Assembly: GCA_013265495.1 (NCBI GenBank)
Contig: MU062417.1
Span: 7,559,191 to 7,623,190 of the forward strand
Direction: 5' to 3'
DNA: 64,000 nucleotides
Source of the DNA: Vicugna vicugna
Taxonomy: Eukaryota
Shown here: positions 1 to 12,319 of the stretch, piece by piece
How positions within the stretch are numbered: position 1 is the first letter of the stretch
Layout of the letters: each line of letters starts with the position of its first letter
Position numbers and translations under genes: made by a program
The notes under the pieces: generated by a model
The model's input: only the letters and a program-made list of their open reading frames with translations
Database searches by the model: none
Told to the model about the DNA's origin: nothing

Positions 1-649
1 ACTTGGACGTGACAGTGGAAGTCTGAGGAGACACCTAGTGAGGAGGTCGCTTTCTTGACGAGCAGGCTTCTACGTCCGTGTGAAGGCAAGCTGATGGAGT
101 GCCAGCAGGTCAGCCCCAGATTCCCTTTGTGGAATTATTTTGAATCTGCTCTCTCACGACGTAATGAGCGCTTATGTTTGAGAAACGAAAATCACACCGT
201 CTTTATCTAATTCAGGTTTTTCTTTCTGTTTTCCGTAGCCAGATGGGCATGTGGCCAGCACAGTAAAGAGGTCACAAATACGCAAGTTTAGAGAGTATAG
301 GAAACTATTAGTTCTATAGGAACCCTACACAAAGTTCAAGATCTGCACTTGGCTAGAGAGATTGGCTCTGAAGACTAAGCCACAGCTTTTCAGAGCTGGG
401 GAAAGCCATTCTCAGCAGCTGCAAGTAACTTTGCACTAAAATAAAAAGGTAACAACAGCTGAATGAATGTTACAGGTGGCTGAATTAATTACCTCCAAAT
501 CCCAACACCCCCGAACATCCGGTGCTGGGATTAGGGAATCGGAGCTAGTTTACCAGTGAATCCCAAATCTCAGACATTATTTGGATTCAAATTGGTACTG
601 TTGCAGATGGACCCAGCTGGGAAAAGGATTAGGGAAATAGGGTGGTTGG

Positions 650-890
650 ATGTTTTCTTTCTCCTCTGGGAAAAATGACTCACTCTCTCATTTCTTCTCT
701 TTGTTTTCTTTTTCTCTCTTCCTTCTGTCTCCTCCATGGACCATCCTTCTTCTTTTCTTCCTTCCCTCCATCCCTCTGTCTGTCTGCTCCACGGCATGTC
801 TGTTTCTCATCTCTTCTCACTCCTGTCACCCTTGCTCTGTCTCCACTCTTTTTCTTTCTCCTTTCTTTTATTTGTGCTTTATTTTTGCTT
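650..890. repeat. CT-rich low-complexity (polypyrimidine) tract
   Basis: Runs such as ctctctcatttcttctctttgttttctttttctctcttccttc; this tract produces the F/S/L-rich and K/E/R-rich ORFs at 570-950. Confidence 0.85.
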
Positions 891-1021
891 AAACTCACAA
901 ACATACTGCTTGATGAGTTTCCCTTCATCCCAGAAAGTCTGGTTTAACTTCAAAAGTGGAAAAAATATTGCCAATATGAAAGTGGGAGTATTAAGGATGA
1001 AAATGAACAGCCATCAAGAAT

Positions 1022-1105
1022 GGGGGTATAGCTCTGGGGTAGAGCACAGGCTTAGCATGCACGAGGCCCTGGGTTCAATCCCCTGTACCTCCATTAAAAA
1101 AAGCA
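1022..1105 (+). mobile_element. tRNA-Ala(AGC)-derived SINE (camelid vic-1-like), copy 1
   Basis: 1022-1093 gggggtatagctctggggtagagcacaggcttagcatgcacgaggccctgggttcaatcccctgtacctcca is collinear with tRNA-Ala(AGC), with A and B boxes, followed by an A-rich tail. The anticodon stem is broken, so it is not a functional tRNA. Confidence 0.9.
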
Positions 1106-1489
1106 AAAATGAACAAAGAAAGAAAGAATGGCAAGAATGCAGTAAACGGAGGACTTCTAGGTCCATATTAAGGTACTGGCTGAGCACATCAGTGGCTGAT
1201 GAGATTGTACTTCATTAGCACTAGGCATCCCACCATCCAATTGAGCAACGCTGGGTATCCTCGGCTTCTGTGCTAGGATTTCTGAAGGAGACAGATGAGA
1301 TTTAAGGGGAAAATAAATCAGGAGGGTCTATTATGTGTAGGGTTTTTAGAATTAGGGCTATGGGATGGGGTTGATGATGAGAAAAGAAAATTTGGACGGA
1401 GCAGAGTATGGTGTTAATTCCGATTTATCTTTAAGCCTGTCTCTCTGGGGATGGACACTGGATTCGTACATGATGACGTTTATCATGAA

Positions 1490-1705
1490 TTGGGCATTGG
1501 AGTCAGACAGACAGAGGTTTGAATTTTCCCTTGGCGACTTCTTGGCTGCTTGACCCTGGAAATATTATTTACATTTCCTAAGCTTTGGTTTACTTACCTT
1601 AAAAAGAGAGGTGATGAAACCTGCTTCAGTGATTTGCAGAGAGTCCTAACAACGTAATAACCTGTGGCGTGCCTGGAACAGCGTGTATGTTCAGTAGGTG
1701 ACAGC
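1490..1705 (+). mobile_element. MIR SINE
   Basis: ggagtcagacag...gtttgaatt...tgaccctggaaa...cctggaacag...ttcagtagg follows the MIR core and 3' end. Confidence 0.75.
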
Positions 1706-1897
1706 TCTGCTCTTACTACTTCCAGGGGAAAAAGGCCTGTGTAAATGCTTTGATCATGCTTAAAGCATCCTGCCCCTGAAATAGTCACCTGGACCCTTCA
1801 ACTTCTTTTACAAAGAATGCTTTCTATTAATACAAACGAGGACTACTCTGGTGGTGTCTGATATATTAATGGAGCAGCTTGGAATGATGTCTTAGAC

Positions 1898-2244
1898 CAG
1901 GGTTAGCAAACTTTTCCTGTAAAGAGCCAGCTAGTAAATCCTTTAGGCTTTGTGGAGCCATAGTCTCTGCGGTGACTCTTCAGCTCTGCTGTGGCGGGTG
2001 AGAGCTGTCACAGACACTATGGAAATGAGTGAACATTTTGGAACACGTGGCCGTGTTCCAATACAGCTTTGTTTATGGCTGCTGAAATTAGGATTTCATA
2101 TATTTTCCTGTACCATGAAACATTTTTCATTTGGTTTTTTCCCTCAATCATTAAAAGATGTAAAAACCATTCTTGGCTAGTGGGCTGTGTGAAAACAGGC
2201 AGCTGGCCCAATCTGGCCCTAGGGCTGTATTTCGCTGACCCCAG
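1898..2244 (+). mobile_element. MER58B-like hAT-Charlie non-autonomous DNA transposon
   Basis: Termini cagggttagcaaac...gctgaccccag. Body (ctgtaaagagccag..gtaaat..taggctttgtgg; aaaaccattctt) matches MER58B. Degenerate 8-bp TSD tcttagac/tcttggat. Confidence 0.88.
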
Positions 2245-2289
2245 TCTTGGATCTATAGGACGCTAAGACATTAGTTTGCTTACTTCCTT

Positions 2290-2400
2290 CGGGTCACAGG
2301 GGAGGACTCAGAAGCACAGAGACACTCCTCATGTGGCTGGAGTCTCTCTTAGCTGAGAAGCAGAGCTGGGATTAGAACCCAGATCTTTTGACTATTGGTC
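2290..2400 (-). mobile_element. MIR fragment
   Basis: gcagagctgggattagaacccagatcttttgact is the antisense MIR core. Confidence 0.6.
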
Positions 2401-3857
2401 CGTGACTGTTACTCTCTGCTGTCTTGCTCACTTAAGTTTTTTTTTTTTGAGGTTTTTTTTTTGCCTTTAATTTCCCTTAGTCCTGACACTCTTCTGTTGT
2501 TTGGTCCTTTCAGAATACCTTCCCAGTCATCTTGTGTATTGATTTCTGCTGAGATCCCATTGTTTAACACAGGAGGGAAAGCCAGATGCCTCAGGGACCA
2601 AGAAATTAACTAATCTCTTACAGGACCATATGGAGGGGTGGGAGGTGTGGCAGATTGGAGAGCACATGTCACACTGATAGCGGAAATTTCTATTCAGCTC
2701 AGATGGCTGTGGCCTTCGGGAGTGAGCCAGGAACCCCAAGTCCCCTGCTTCTCAGGACATGCCAGAAATCTGGATTTTTTTTTTTTGAATTCAAGAAAGT
2801 AGCATAATTTAAAAAAGCGTTTGGTAACCCAACAAAGCATGTCTAAGGACTACAGCCAGCCTTTAGGAGATGAGTTTATGATTTTTATCTCAGACTATGA
2901 TTTCTTCAGGGCATGACAGAAATGAACAATATAAGGCTTTCTTGTTTCGTTTAGAAATATAGTGTTTAAGATACATTTGTTCAAAAGATGAGTAAAAATA
3001 TTTTCTTGAAAAATGACAGTAGTGAACTGGTTGAGGACAAGTAGTTAGCCTTTACTTGCCTTTTGACCTGTAATATTATTGTACTTGAAAACCCACCTGT
3101 GAGATCTTGGAGGGAGACTGAGCAGAGATTGCCAAGCACCTCACGATTTAAACTTGCGATATCCCTGAGCTTCCTGGAATCTAATACTGCTTGTCATTCT
3201 CCACCAACAAAGAGCCGACAATCGTGACAGTGGGTTCGTTTATTGAAGAACTGAGATTCTTGTGATGGCTTTTTTCCTCATTTCACGGAGACCTAGAGTC
3301 GTACGGCTCTCTCCTGAGGTGCTGCCCCGCCGTGGAAATTTAGATCTGAGAGGAGGAAACTGCAACTGTGATGGGTGATGACAGGGAAGAAGGTAGGAGG
3401 GCTCTTGTGATGGTGACAAAGTGGTTGGGCAGAAGTCAGCCAAATTAGAACTTCCCGGGTTTGGGTGCTCAGAAGAAGCCAGACTGGGTGCATGATCATC
3501 ACGTGGGGGCTTGTCGGTTTCTGGGCTTCGTCTTCAGAGACTCTGACTCAGCGGTTCTGGGGTTGCATTTGGGGAAATGCATTTTGAAATCCACACGGAT
3601 GCTTCCGATGCTTAGCCAGCTTTGGCATCCACTAGTCCACACTGGTCCTAGCCTGGAGGGTCCCGTATCCAGGAGGCTCTCTTAGAATTCCCAGAGAACC
3701 CCCTTTGGGGAGCATTGACTCCCGGCTGGGGAACACCAGGAGAGGTGCACTATATTGGCACAGAACCAATGGAAATGGCAAAAACTTAAAATATAAATAC
3801 AGGCCAAGTAGACTTTCTGTAGATGGAGCAAAGTCTCTATCGAAGAAGAAATCAGAA

Positions 3858-3984
3858 GGGGATGGTATAGCTCAAAGTGGTAAAGTGCATGTTTAGCATG
3901 CACAGGGTCATGGGTTCAATCCCCAGTACCTCCTCTTAGAAAAAGTAAATAAATAAGTAAACCTAATTACCCCCCCCCCCAAAA
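3858..3984 (+). mobile_element. tRNA-Ala-derived SINE, copy 2 (long-tail form)
   Basis: ggtatagctcaaagtggtaaagtgcatgtttagcatgcacagggtcatgggttcaatccccagtacctcc plus tail taaataaataagtaaacctaattaccccccc. Degenerate TSD aagaagaaatca/aagaaggaatca. Confidence 0.9.
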
Positions 3985-4159
3985 GAAGGAATCAAAGCCA
4001 TAGGACTCTTGGTGGTGAGCAGGCACTGGATTAACCTTGGCACAGTTACATGCAACCTCTTAAAATTTTTCTGTTCAGGGTGTACTTTGAGCAATATTTC
4101 ATTTGTCACCCAGCTTTCCTGTTCTTCATTTCTTACTTTCCTTCAGAATTATTATTATT

Positions 4160-4568
4160 ATTTTTAATTGAATTATAATCAGTTTATAATGTGTCAATTT
4201 CTGTCAGTTTCTGGTATACAGCATGATGTTTCAGTCATGCATATTTTCATACATATTTTCATGTTCTTTTTTATTATAGTTTACTACAAGATATTGAATA
4301 TAGTTCATTGTGCTCTACAGAAGAAACTTGTGTATCTATTTTATATATAGTAGTCAGTATCTGTAAATCTCAAACTCCCAGTTTATCCCTTCCCACCCAC
4401 TTTCCCTGCTCGTAACCATAAGTTTGTTTTCTGTGTCTGAGTCTGTTTCTGTTTTGTGAGTAAGTTCATTTGTGTCTTTTTTTTTTTTAAGATTCCACAC
4501 ATGAATGATATCATATGGTATTTGTCTTTCTCTTTCTGGCTTACTTCACTTAGAATAACGGTCTCCTG
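4160..4568 (-). mobile_element. L1 3' end (relatively young, laurasiatherian/artiodactyl type), 5'-truncated
   Basis: Antisense L1 3'UTR hallmarks: aagatattgaatatagttc..tgtgct.tacag; gtaaccataagtttgttttct; gattccaca..tga.tgatatcatatggtatttgtctttctct; cttacttcacttagaat. Confidence 0.92.
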
Positions 4569-4804
4569 GAGAATTATTTTTTAAAATGTTCATACACACA
4601 TGAAGTGCTTCCTTCCCGTAATGTTGAAATCACTGCTCTCTCTTGGGAGGGAGTTTGGCAAACAGGCATGATCCATGACCACTGTCAGTTCTTTGCCTCC
4701 CTGTAGCACATGTGTGTAGAGGTGGGGTCGGTTTCCCCGCCCCTTACATCTGGTCTGGCTTCGGGAGGGACCTGGGCCAGCAGCATGCTCTACAAGGAAT
4801 GTCA

Positions 4805-4950
4805 TACCTTTAGGCAGCCTCCAACTCCACCCTTTTGGAAACCAGCCACATTGTGAGAGATCTGCCTCTCTTGAGACCACCAGGCTGCAAGGAAGCCACC
4901 CTCTGGAGAGGTCATGTAGAGAAAGAAAGTATCTGGTGTTGGGAGTGCCA
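4805..4950 (+). mobile_element. MLT1 (MaLR) LTR fragment
   Basis: ggaaaccagccacattgtgagag...ggaagccaccct.tggagaggtcatgtagag resembles the middle of an older MLT1 LTR. Confidence 0.5.
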
Positions 4951-5479
4951 GCAAATCCATGTCTGTAGTTGCTTTGGTTTTGAACTATCTTTTCAAGGAT
5001 GTTTGTATAACAAAGCTGCTCGGAGGATAGAGATGGGGTCCCCTTCTTGGGCACAGGGCAGATTTGTTTCCTGACCAGAATGATAAAGATAATTTTTCCT
5101 TCCAGGACAAATTTGGGCATGTTTTTGGGCAGCCCCCTTATGAGATTGGGAGTTTCCTAAGCTCAGGGTCCCTCGGCCATGGCACAAACCCAGATGAGCA
5201 GCCCCAGTCACTCCGCACGGCCACTGAGGGGAACGTGGGGTGCCCATGCAAACACGAAGCTCATGCTGCTTCCTGTGCCGCGAGGAATGAGTCCTCTGCT
5301 GCTCGCTTGGGACTTCTGCCCGCATCTCTGGGGCTGGGACAGACTAATCTGTTAGCTTGCAAGCAGGGACAGTCTCAGACCCTTCACAACTCTTCACACC
5401 TGGCCAGTCCCTAGCTCTGGACAAGGATCAGATACTGTCTCTGGCTGAATTGAGGCCACTGGTACGGGGGTGATGAAGC

Positions 5480-5632
5480 AGTCTTGGGCATTTCAGCCCT
5501 AGCAGACACCACATGGAGCAGAAGAACTCCTGCTGAGCCCAGCCCTGGGTGCAGAATCATGGAAGATGATAAATTGTTGTTTTAAGCTAAGTTTTGGAGT
5601 GGTTTGATACATAGCAATAGATCACTGAAATA
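5480..5632 (+). mobile_element. MLT1 (older subfamily, H-K type) LTR 3' end
   Basis: cagacaccacatggagcagaag...gctgagcccagcc...cagaatcatg...taaattgttgttttaagctaagttttggagtggtttg.tacatagcaatagat.actgaaata. Confidence 0.85.
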
Positions 5633-6770
5633 GAGAGCGTAGCAGTCCTCTTCTCCTTCAGAGAGGAGCCCAAGTGGTTCCCGTAGTCCGAGTCCTTTCT
5701 GTTCATCAGTCATAAATCCTGCATCTCTGGAATCTTACTTTAACGCCCAAAGAGATGTGCCTATGTCTTAGGAATATATACATTTCAAAATTAAACATTC
5801 AGGCTTCACCGTGCCGGTGGCCCCCACTGCTGATAGGATGACGTTTAAGGTTCTCTGTTCTGCTTCTGTCCTCCTTATCAGGTGTTATTACCCATAGATT
5901 CCCTGCCAGGATGTTTTCTTCTCTTGCATCCTGAACATGTCACTCTCCTCTTTGATGCTGAACTTGAACCCCTACTTTTCCTTCAGACGGCAGTGCCCGC
6001 CCCCTGCCACCGCCAAATCATCCCACTCTTCCAGTTCTCGCACTGATTTTGTTGTGCTCTTGTTGATTTTCCTATTCTGCATTCTCGATATTAGTGTTAC
6101 ACAGGTTACTAATCACATATGGATTTACGCTGTATTCTAAAAAGTGACATTTTATATACAAAAGCAAATGTATTCATTGTAAAACACATTAAAAACTACA
6201 GCTGTTCAGATTAAAGAAAAAGATTTCGTGCTGTCTCCCACGGACAACCTTGCAATCTGCTATTGTATTTTCTGAACTTTTTATACATACATGTTGCACA
6301 CATATGCAGACATTTACATGTGACCATTTTATTGATTATTTTCTATATAGAAGTGAGTGAAAAGTCATAAGTAGCTTTAAAAATTATGCATTTTATTTTT
6401 ATGTGAAATTACTGGAATACAGATGTCACTGACAACATTCTCAGCACTAAAATTACTCTGACAAGTATCGAGTTGGGTAATAATACTAAGTTTGAAGAAC
6501 AGGGAAAGGCTTCAACCAAAGTAATTCCTGCACATGCTACAAGTCCACACGCCCTCTGACATGCTGTGATTGACACTTAAATGAGAGCAATGCAGTAGTT
6601 TTTGGGGTCAAGAGGTATGTGTGTATTGAATGCTTTTTGATACATGTTGGTAAATAGCAAAATTTAAACCTGTTTGTCCTCATTCCTGCAGTGTAACTGA
6701 GAGGTGCGTATTCCTCCACCCTGCCAAGATTGGAGATATAAACAAACAAACAAACAAATAAGTAAATATA

Positions 6771-6971
6771 TGGTTGATCTTTGAACAGCTTGGGGTTGGG
6801 GTGCAGACCCTCCACACAAGGGGGGATCCAAGTTTAACTTTGTAGTTGGCCCTCCTTATCCGCAGTTGGGCATTTGCAGGTTCAACCAAGTGCAGATTGT
6901 GTAGTATTGTAGTATTTACTGTTGAAAAAAATCCACGTATAAGTGGACCCACACAGTTCAAAGGTCAACTA
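6771..6971. mobile_element. TcMar-Tigger MITE (Tigger1-derived)
   Basis: TIR remnants (ta)tggttgatctttgaac ... gttcaaaggtcaacta. Internal gaaaaaaatccacgtataagtggacccacacagttcaa is a Tigger1-type terminus. Confidence 0.85.
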
Positions 6972-8708
6972 ATCTAAAATTTCAGTACTCCTTTACATCA
7001 CATCTTATTATCCTAGTGCTTTTGCGTACAAAGAGCCTTCACAAATATACCTCCTTTGACCTTCTCAGTAGTACCACAAGCAGAAAGGGCACATTCCCAC
7101 TTAACACAAGAGGAGATCAACACTCAGAGAAGTCAAATAGCTCACATGGTTTGCATGGGTAGCAAGGGACAGAAAAGAACTCAGTCCTCTGTGCCTTCTC
7201 CAGGGCTCTCAGACACCCCCTCCAAATGTGGCTCTTGGAGAGACTGTGGGAGCTGGGTCCATGCATGTGGGTTCTGAGAGGTGGTGCAGAGTTGGGGATC
7301 CCAGCCTGGCTCAGAAGCAGCTGGTCCCTTGGCTGGGGGTCCCAGTGCTCTCTCTGCAGCTTCCTTATTTGAACTACCTACAAGCCCGCCAATAATTCAC
7401 TGAGTGGTAAAGGCCACTGATTTTGATTTCCTTCTCTTAACCAAGAGTCTTATTAAGGATGCGCTGATGAAAATGAGAAAACGCAGCCACTTTCTTCGTT
7501 GATCACAGCAGACTTGGTGACCCCCAAGGTAAGGGGGGAAATGAAGGGAGGAAGAACAGGAGGACCAGGAGGAAGACAGTCGGTGTGTACATTTCAGTTC
7601 CAGATTGAACAGTCACCCACGGCTCCTCCAGAAGCTTCCACCCAGCCTTAGCAGAGTGATGGAGAGAGCCCCACCCCTCTGGCACACCAGCAAACCTTGC
7701 TAATGTAATGGAAATGATAATTATTCCCAGTGCCTAGCATTTCACTTCCTCTGGACTGTAGGGGTATTAGAGTTGATTAAACACATATGCTTTGGGTAGA
7801 CAGCACCTCCAGTCACGTATGGAACTGCCAGTCTTCTCTGTGCTCAGGAAGGAGACACTGAGACCTCAAGAGCCAGGCAAAGGCTGAACAGGACTTAGGA
7901 GATAATAAACGATGAGTCCAAGCCCTTTGCTATAGTCCAGATAGGGGCAAAATCCCAAAGATCTTTTTTTTTTTTAATTCCCCACTCTCCCTACAGAAAA
8001 AAGAAAAGCTCCAAAATGCTTATTAAACTTAAAATTCAATTTTAATGATTTTAATAGAGTTTGCATTTTCCCTTCTCCTTTCAAAATGCATGTATTTGAC
8101 AAAAGATGAATAGGTTATACTCATTTACCTAAAATGTGCAGTTTAGGTAAAAGGTATGTATGTATGTCGTGGATTATGGCTTGGAGGAACTAGTCCATTT
8201 TACAGTGTGTGGGAAATGACTCACATGTCCCCAGGATGCAATTATTATTTTTTTTAAAATGTGTTTCTTGAAATGACTGTTCCATTCTGCAACATTTCTC
8301 AAAGCCAAGAAGTGATGTGTATTTCATTCGGAATCATATGTTTAATTAATCACAGCTTGATTTTCCACACCATTGTTATGAGGGAATATTAAGAGGCTGT
8401 TATACACAGGCTTTGGAATAGTTGATGCTGGATCTCGAGATGAAACTTTTGAACACTCCCCTTCTCACTCGGCAGCCTCACCAGTCTCTCCCTGTCCTGA
8501 CGGAGTGAGGAGCAACAGCCCACGGCTTCCCTGGCATCCATGGTTACAGGGCTCCGAGTCTAGGCTGGACACTGGATGGCTGTTCAGGCAACAGCTGGTT
8601 CTACGTACTATCCTGGGCTATGGAGAGATTTTGCTTGGCCATGTTTTACTTGTTTTAGAATAAGGAAAGTCCCTCCCTACTCCATGTGTTAAAATACGTG
8701 TATTATAT

Positions 8709-8946
8709 GGGGAGGGATAAATTAGGAGCTTGGTATGAAGAGATACACACTACCATATATAAATAAACAATAAGGATTTCCTGTAGAGCACAGGGAACTA
8801 TATTCAATATCTTGTAATAACCTATAATGGAAAATAATTAAAAAAGAATATATATATATATACGTGTATATCCAAATAACTTTGCTGCACACCTGAAACT
8901 AATGCAATATTGTAAATCAAGTATACTTCCATAAAAATTTTAATTA
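8709..8946 (+). mobile_element. 5'-truncated L1 3' end with target-site duplication
   Basis: gggagggataaattaggag...gagcacagggaactatattcaatatcttgtaataacctataatggaaaa...cacctgaaactaa. Flanked by aaaatacgtgtattatat (8691-8708) and aaaataaatgtattatat (8947-8964), 16/18 identical. Confidence 0.93.
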
Positions 8947-9526
8947 AAAATAAATGTATTATATCTATATTCATGTAACTGGGTATACAAAAGTTTTTTT
9001 AAAGTATTTTTAATATTTTAAATATTTTTTAAATGTCCTTTTTTGCCAGTATCCTATATTTTTAATTATTGAAAAAGCATCTTTGTTTTTTGCTATGTTC
9101 TAGTTCAGAGAAATTTAAGGAAAACATTAAAATCACCCCAATCCTGTCACTCAGAAATAACCAAAGTTAACATATTAATGTATTTACTTTTTCTCATCCA
9201 TAGCTTTGGACAGAGTTGCAGTCAAAAGAATTTATCCTCTGGGAACAAACACGGTAAGAATTTACCCTGACTTTTAAAATAGGCATTTTCCCACATCTTA
9301 AAACTCTTTTCAAGTATAATTTTAATAGTTTCACTCACCAATGAAACTTTTAAAATAATAGGAATTTTTCTTGATTGTAAAAGTAAAAACACATTCTTAC
9401 TAGAAAATTTGGAAAATTAGAAACTTGAAAGAATATAAATCATAAAAGAGCCCATCAAGTGATAAACAATTACTAATATTTTAACTGTATTTTTTCTCTC
9501 TCTCTTTACTCTCTACACATGTGTAT

Positions 9527-9528
<2 letters not shown>

Positions 9529-9560
<32 letters not shown>
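9529..9560. repeat. (CA)16 microsatellite
   Basis: Direct reading. Confidence 0.97.
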
Positions 9561-9564
<4 letters not shown>

Positions 9565-9689
9565 GACATGCACACGATGATTACCAGTATGCGTGTGAGC
9601 TAAATTCTGAAAACATTTGAACTAAGTAATTTTTAACCTTTTATTTAAAACTAGTTTGAAAGTTTTCCAGGGCATTACAGAATCTTTGA

Positions 9690-10000
9690 AAACTTTAATC
9701 TAATGGCTGCAGAATATTTCATTGTATGCGTGTACCGTAATTCACTTACTACTCTTCTATTGATACTTCGATTGGTTACAACTTTTCGTTACTGTAAGTG
9801 TTGAAGCAGACTGCATTCTTACAGAAAAACATGTGAGCCCATCATTAGGGTCTTACCTAGGGGAATTGTTTAGAAGGGGTAAAGTAGATCCAAAGGAGGC
9901 ACTGTGAAGCTTCTGCTGTGTACCACATATGACTGTCCTAGAGGACTTGATAGCGCTTGTCGCTCTCAGCCCTGTGGTCTCTCCTCACTGTTGCTCATCT
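9690..10000 (-). mobile_element. Old L1M/L1ME fragment
   Basis: tttaatctaatggctgcagaatatttcattgtatgcgtgtaccgtaatt...ctattgat...ttacctaggggaattg follows the antisense L1M ORF2-end/3'UTR pattern. Confidence 0.65.
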
Positions 10001-10024
10001 GGCGAGCAGTGGAAAGACTGGCTA

Positions 10025-10140
10025 TTCTTCCCATTTTCAATAGATGAAGAAATGGTGTCCCAGGTAACCTCACCAGAGTCATGTGAACAAACAAGCAGTT
10101 AAGAGGAGAACTGAGCAACCTGAATCTTAACTCCACACTG
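10025..10140 (-). mobile_element. MIR fragment
   Basis: cccattttcaatagatgaagaaat...gtaacctcaccagagtca. Confidence 0.55.
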
Positions 10141-12319
10141 GATCTTTAAGACAAAACAGTGCAGAATAAACGAGTGTGTGATGCCCAGAGGCAAGGAACT
10201 GATACAAAGCAACGAAAGAGATAGATCAACAGGTCTTCTGGCACTTTTACCAGCCAGTTGGAGACTCTACAGGGAAGGACAGAAATAGCTGTTGCTTTGA
10301 AATGTAATTGCCTTGGTCTGTCTAGGGAAAAAAGCGTGAGAGGTCTAATTTGTGGAAGTCACAAACTAAAGTGCTTTGAAATGTACTTAGAAACAAAAAT
10401 CAAAGTGCTGAGACAGCTTTGTTCCCCAATAACCACGATAGAAATTTGAGATAGTTATAGTTTTTAATCAGATGTTTAGGGAATCCATGTGGTTATTCTC
10501 TTGATGGTGGTTGCATTTTTTTTTTCTTTTTTAAGAAGGAGCCAGACAAAAGTTCTTTAGGATGAAATGTTTCTGACCTATATTAAGTTAACAAAAAGCA
10601 AAACTCAAGCTTTTAACTCTTGGATGGCTTAATGTATTTGCGAGCAAATCTCAGAATTCATAAACCTGAACCCTGATCCCTAAGCTGAGCACGGACACCG
10701 GTGTATTTTGTTCTGCAGCTGCCCCTCATCCTGCTGCTCACATCTGGATCAATTTCTTGAGTCCTGGCAGTCTGAGCGGGTGTGTCACTGAGGGATATTT
10801 ACTCCCACACAGCTGTTCAGCAGTAGGAGCAGAAAATCAACTCGGATACAATTAATACCGTGTTGTAATAAGGAGTCGTCACCAAGAGAAACAGTTGCTG
10901 AATTGATTCTGACGATGCCGAGGAGGGTGACTATAATGATAATGGTGATTAATATCACCATTACTGGGTACAGACTCGTGGAAGGAACATATTTTAATTC
11001 TGGCTTTGTTTATGCTATTGCAATCTCTCATGGGCTGGTTACACCACATAGATCACGCACACTGCAGATAAACTGCTTTGGTCTGAAGTTGCTTATGTAA
11101 TTGACAAAAACACATTCAGTATAATTTGGGGAGATGATGAGATGACACCCAAATGCCAGTGTGGTTTGTTTTTTTTTTCCTGCTAGGGATAACCTTATCT
11201 GAAATTACCGAAGTTCTCATAAACAGTCTCTCTTAACAAGAGTGGTCAGACTGTTGAAATTGTGTTAGAGAGGGCTGGGCAAGACTCTGATTACTCAGTG
11301 TTCCTCCCTGTCTTGAGGGGGCCCTGTGAGAACTCTTTAACTGGACACTGCATCTCCATTGCCTGCAGGAGTTTCTTGTGGCTGCTCTTTGTACCGAGAG
11401 GGCAGTTCTCTTTTATGTGGACCTGTTTTGAGAGCTGCGGACCATGTAGCAGTTGCAGGTTCTACATACCCTTAGACCCCAGTCGTTGTGTTACAACAGG
11501 CAGATTGCTAGATATGAGCAGAGAAGAGGATTCACGGGCCAAAAGGCAGGACACCATACATCATGTGAACAATGGGGGTCCTTGGGCAGACAGAGAAAGG
11601 CAGGAACCTCTGGACTCATCAGAGAGCACATTTTGGGGTGACAAGTGGCCTGGAGGCTGACAGAGAAGGGTGGGGAAAGGCAGAAATCTCATGTCCAAAT
11701 GTAACCTTTTGCTCATTATGCCCTAATTACAATAAAATTAGCCTTGCAGATTAGAAGTCGCCATCATGCACCAATGCCATGACACTTCCAATGCAGACAA
11801 AAATTTCTCCTCCCTTTGGGAAGGTGGAGCTGGGAAGAAAATCAGGGAATATGACCCCAAATCTTCCCCTCCCCGATGACTATTCCGCCCGTTCATTTTA
11901 CACTCTGTGTAACCAACTTGCCAGAGAAACTCAGGGCAGCTGCTCCCCTGAGCCTGCCCGCTCTCCCCTTGAGAGTGTACTCTCCATCCTTTAATAGATC
12001 CCCACTTTACTTTCTTAACCTCCATGTTTTATCTCTGAATTCTTTCTGTGACAAGAACCCGATCACTGGCAACCATTGTGACAACCTAAAATGTTCCTGC
12101 ACATTTCCAGATTGCCCTCCCTGCGTAGAGATCCACTGACCTGGGCAATGCGGGGAGGGGTCATCAAAGTTTGTTCAATTTAATTGACTTTTAAGGTTGG
12201 AAAGAATAGTTGGGGTCTGTGAATTCAATTCTCCTTATTTCACAGATGAAGTGTAAGAGTGTGTGACCCTTTAAGACTCTCCCTTAAAACTGATGCTTAC
12301 AACCCCAGCGCTGGGATTG

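Noticed and set aside
570-950. Overlapping ORFs rich in F/S/L or K/E/R
   Set aside because: They are translations of a CT-rich low-complexity tract.
1022-1093. Functional tRNA-Ala gene
   Set aside because: The anticodon stem has two mismatches, the T stem has one, the D loop is altered, an A-rich tail follows, and three related SINE copies are present.
4590-5120. 176-aa minus-strand ORF
   Set aside because: It overlaps an MLT1 remnant, resembles no protein I know, and has no splice support.
5937-6140. ORF with a hydrophobic C-terminal stretch after a good acceptor at ~5986
   Set aside because: No recognisable homology; the hydrophobic run comes from T-rich sequence; no supporting upstream exon.
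7446-7528. Possible 83-nt exon (AAG acceptor, aag|gtaagg donor)
   Set aside because: Stops in all three frames, a weak acceptor and no independent support.
10940-10963. Perfect 10-bp inverted repeat taatggtgat-taat-atcaccatta
   Set aside because: Close to chance expectation for 64 kb of AT-rich DNA, and it lies in probable MIR-tail sequence.
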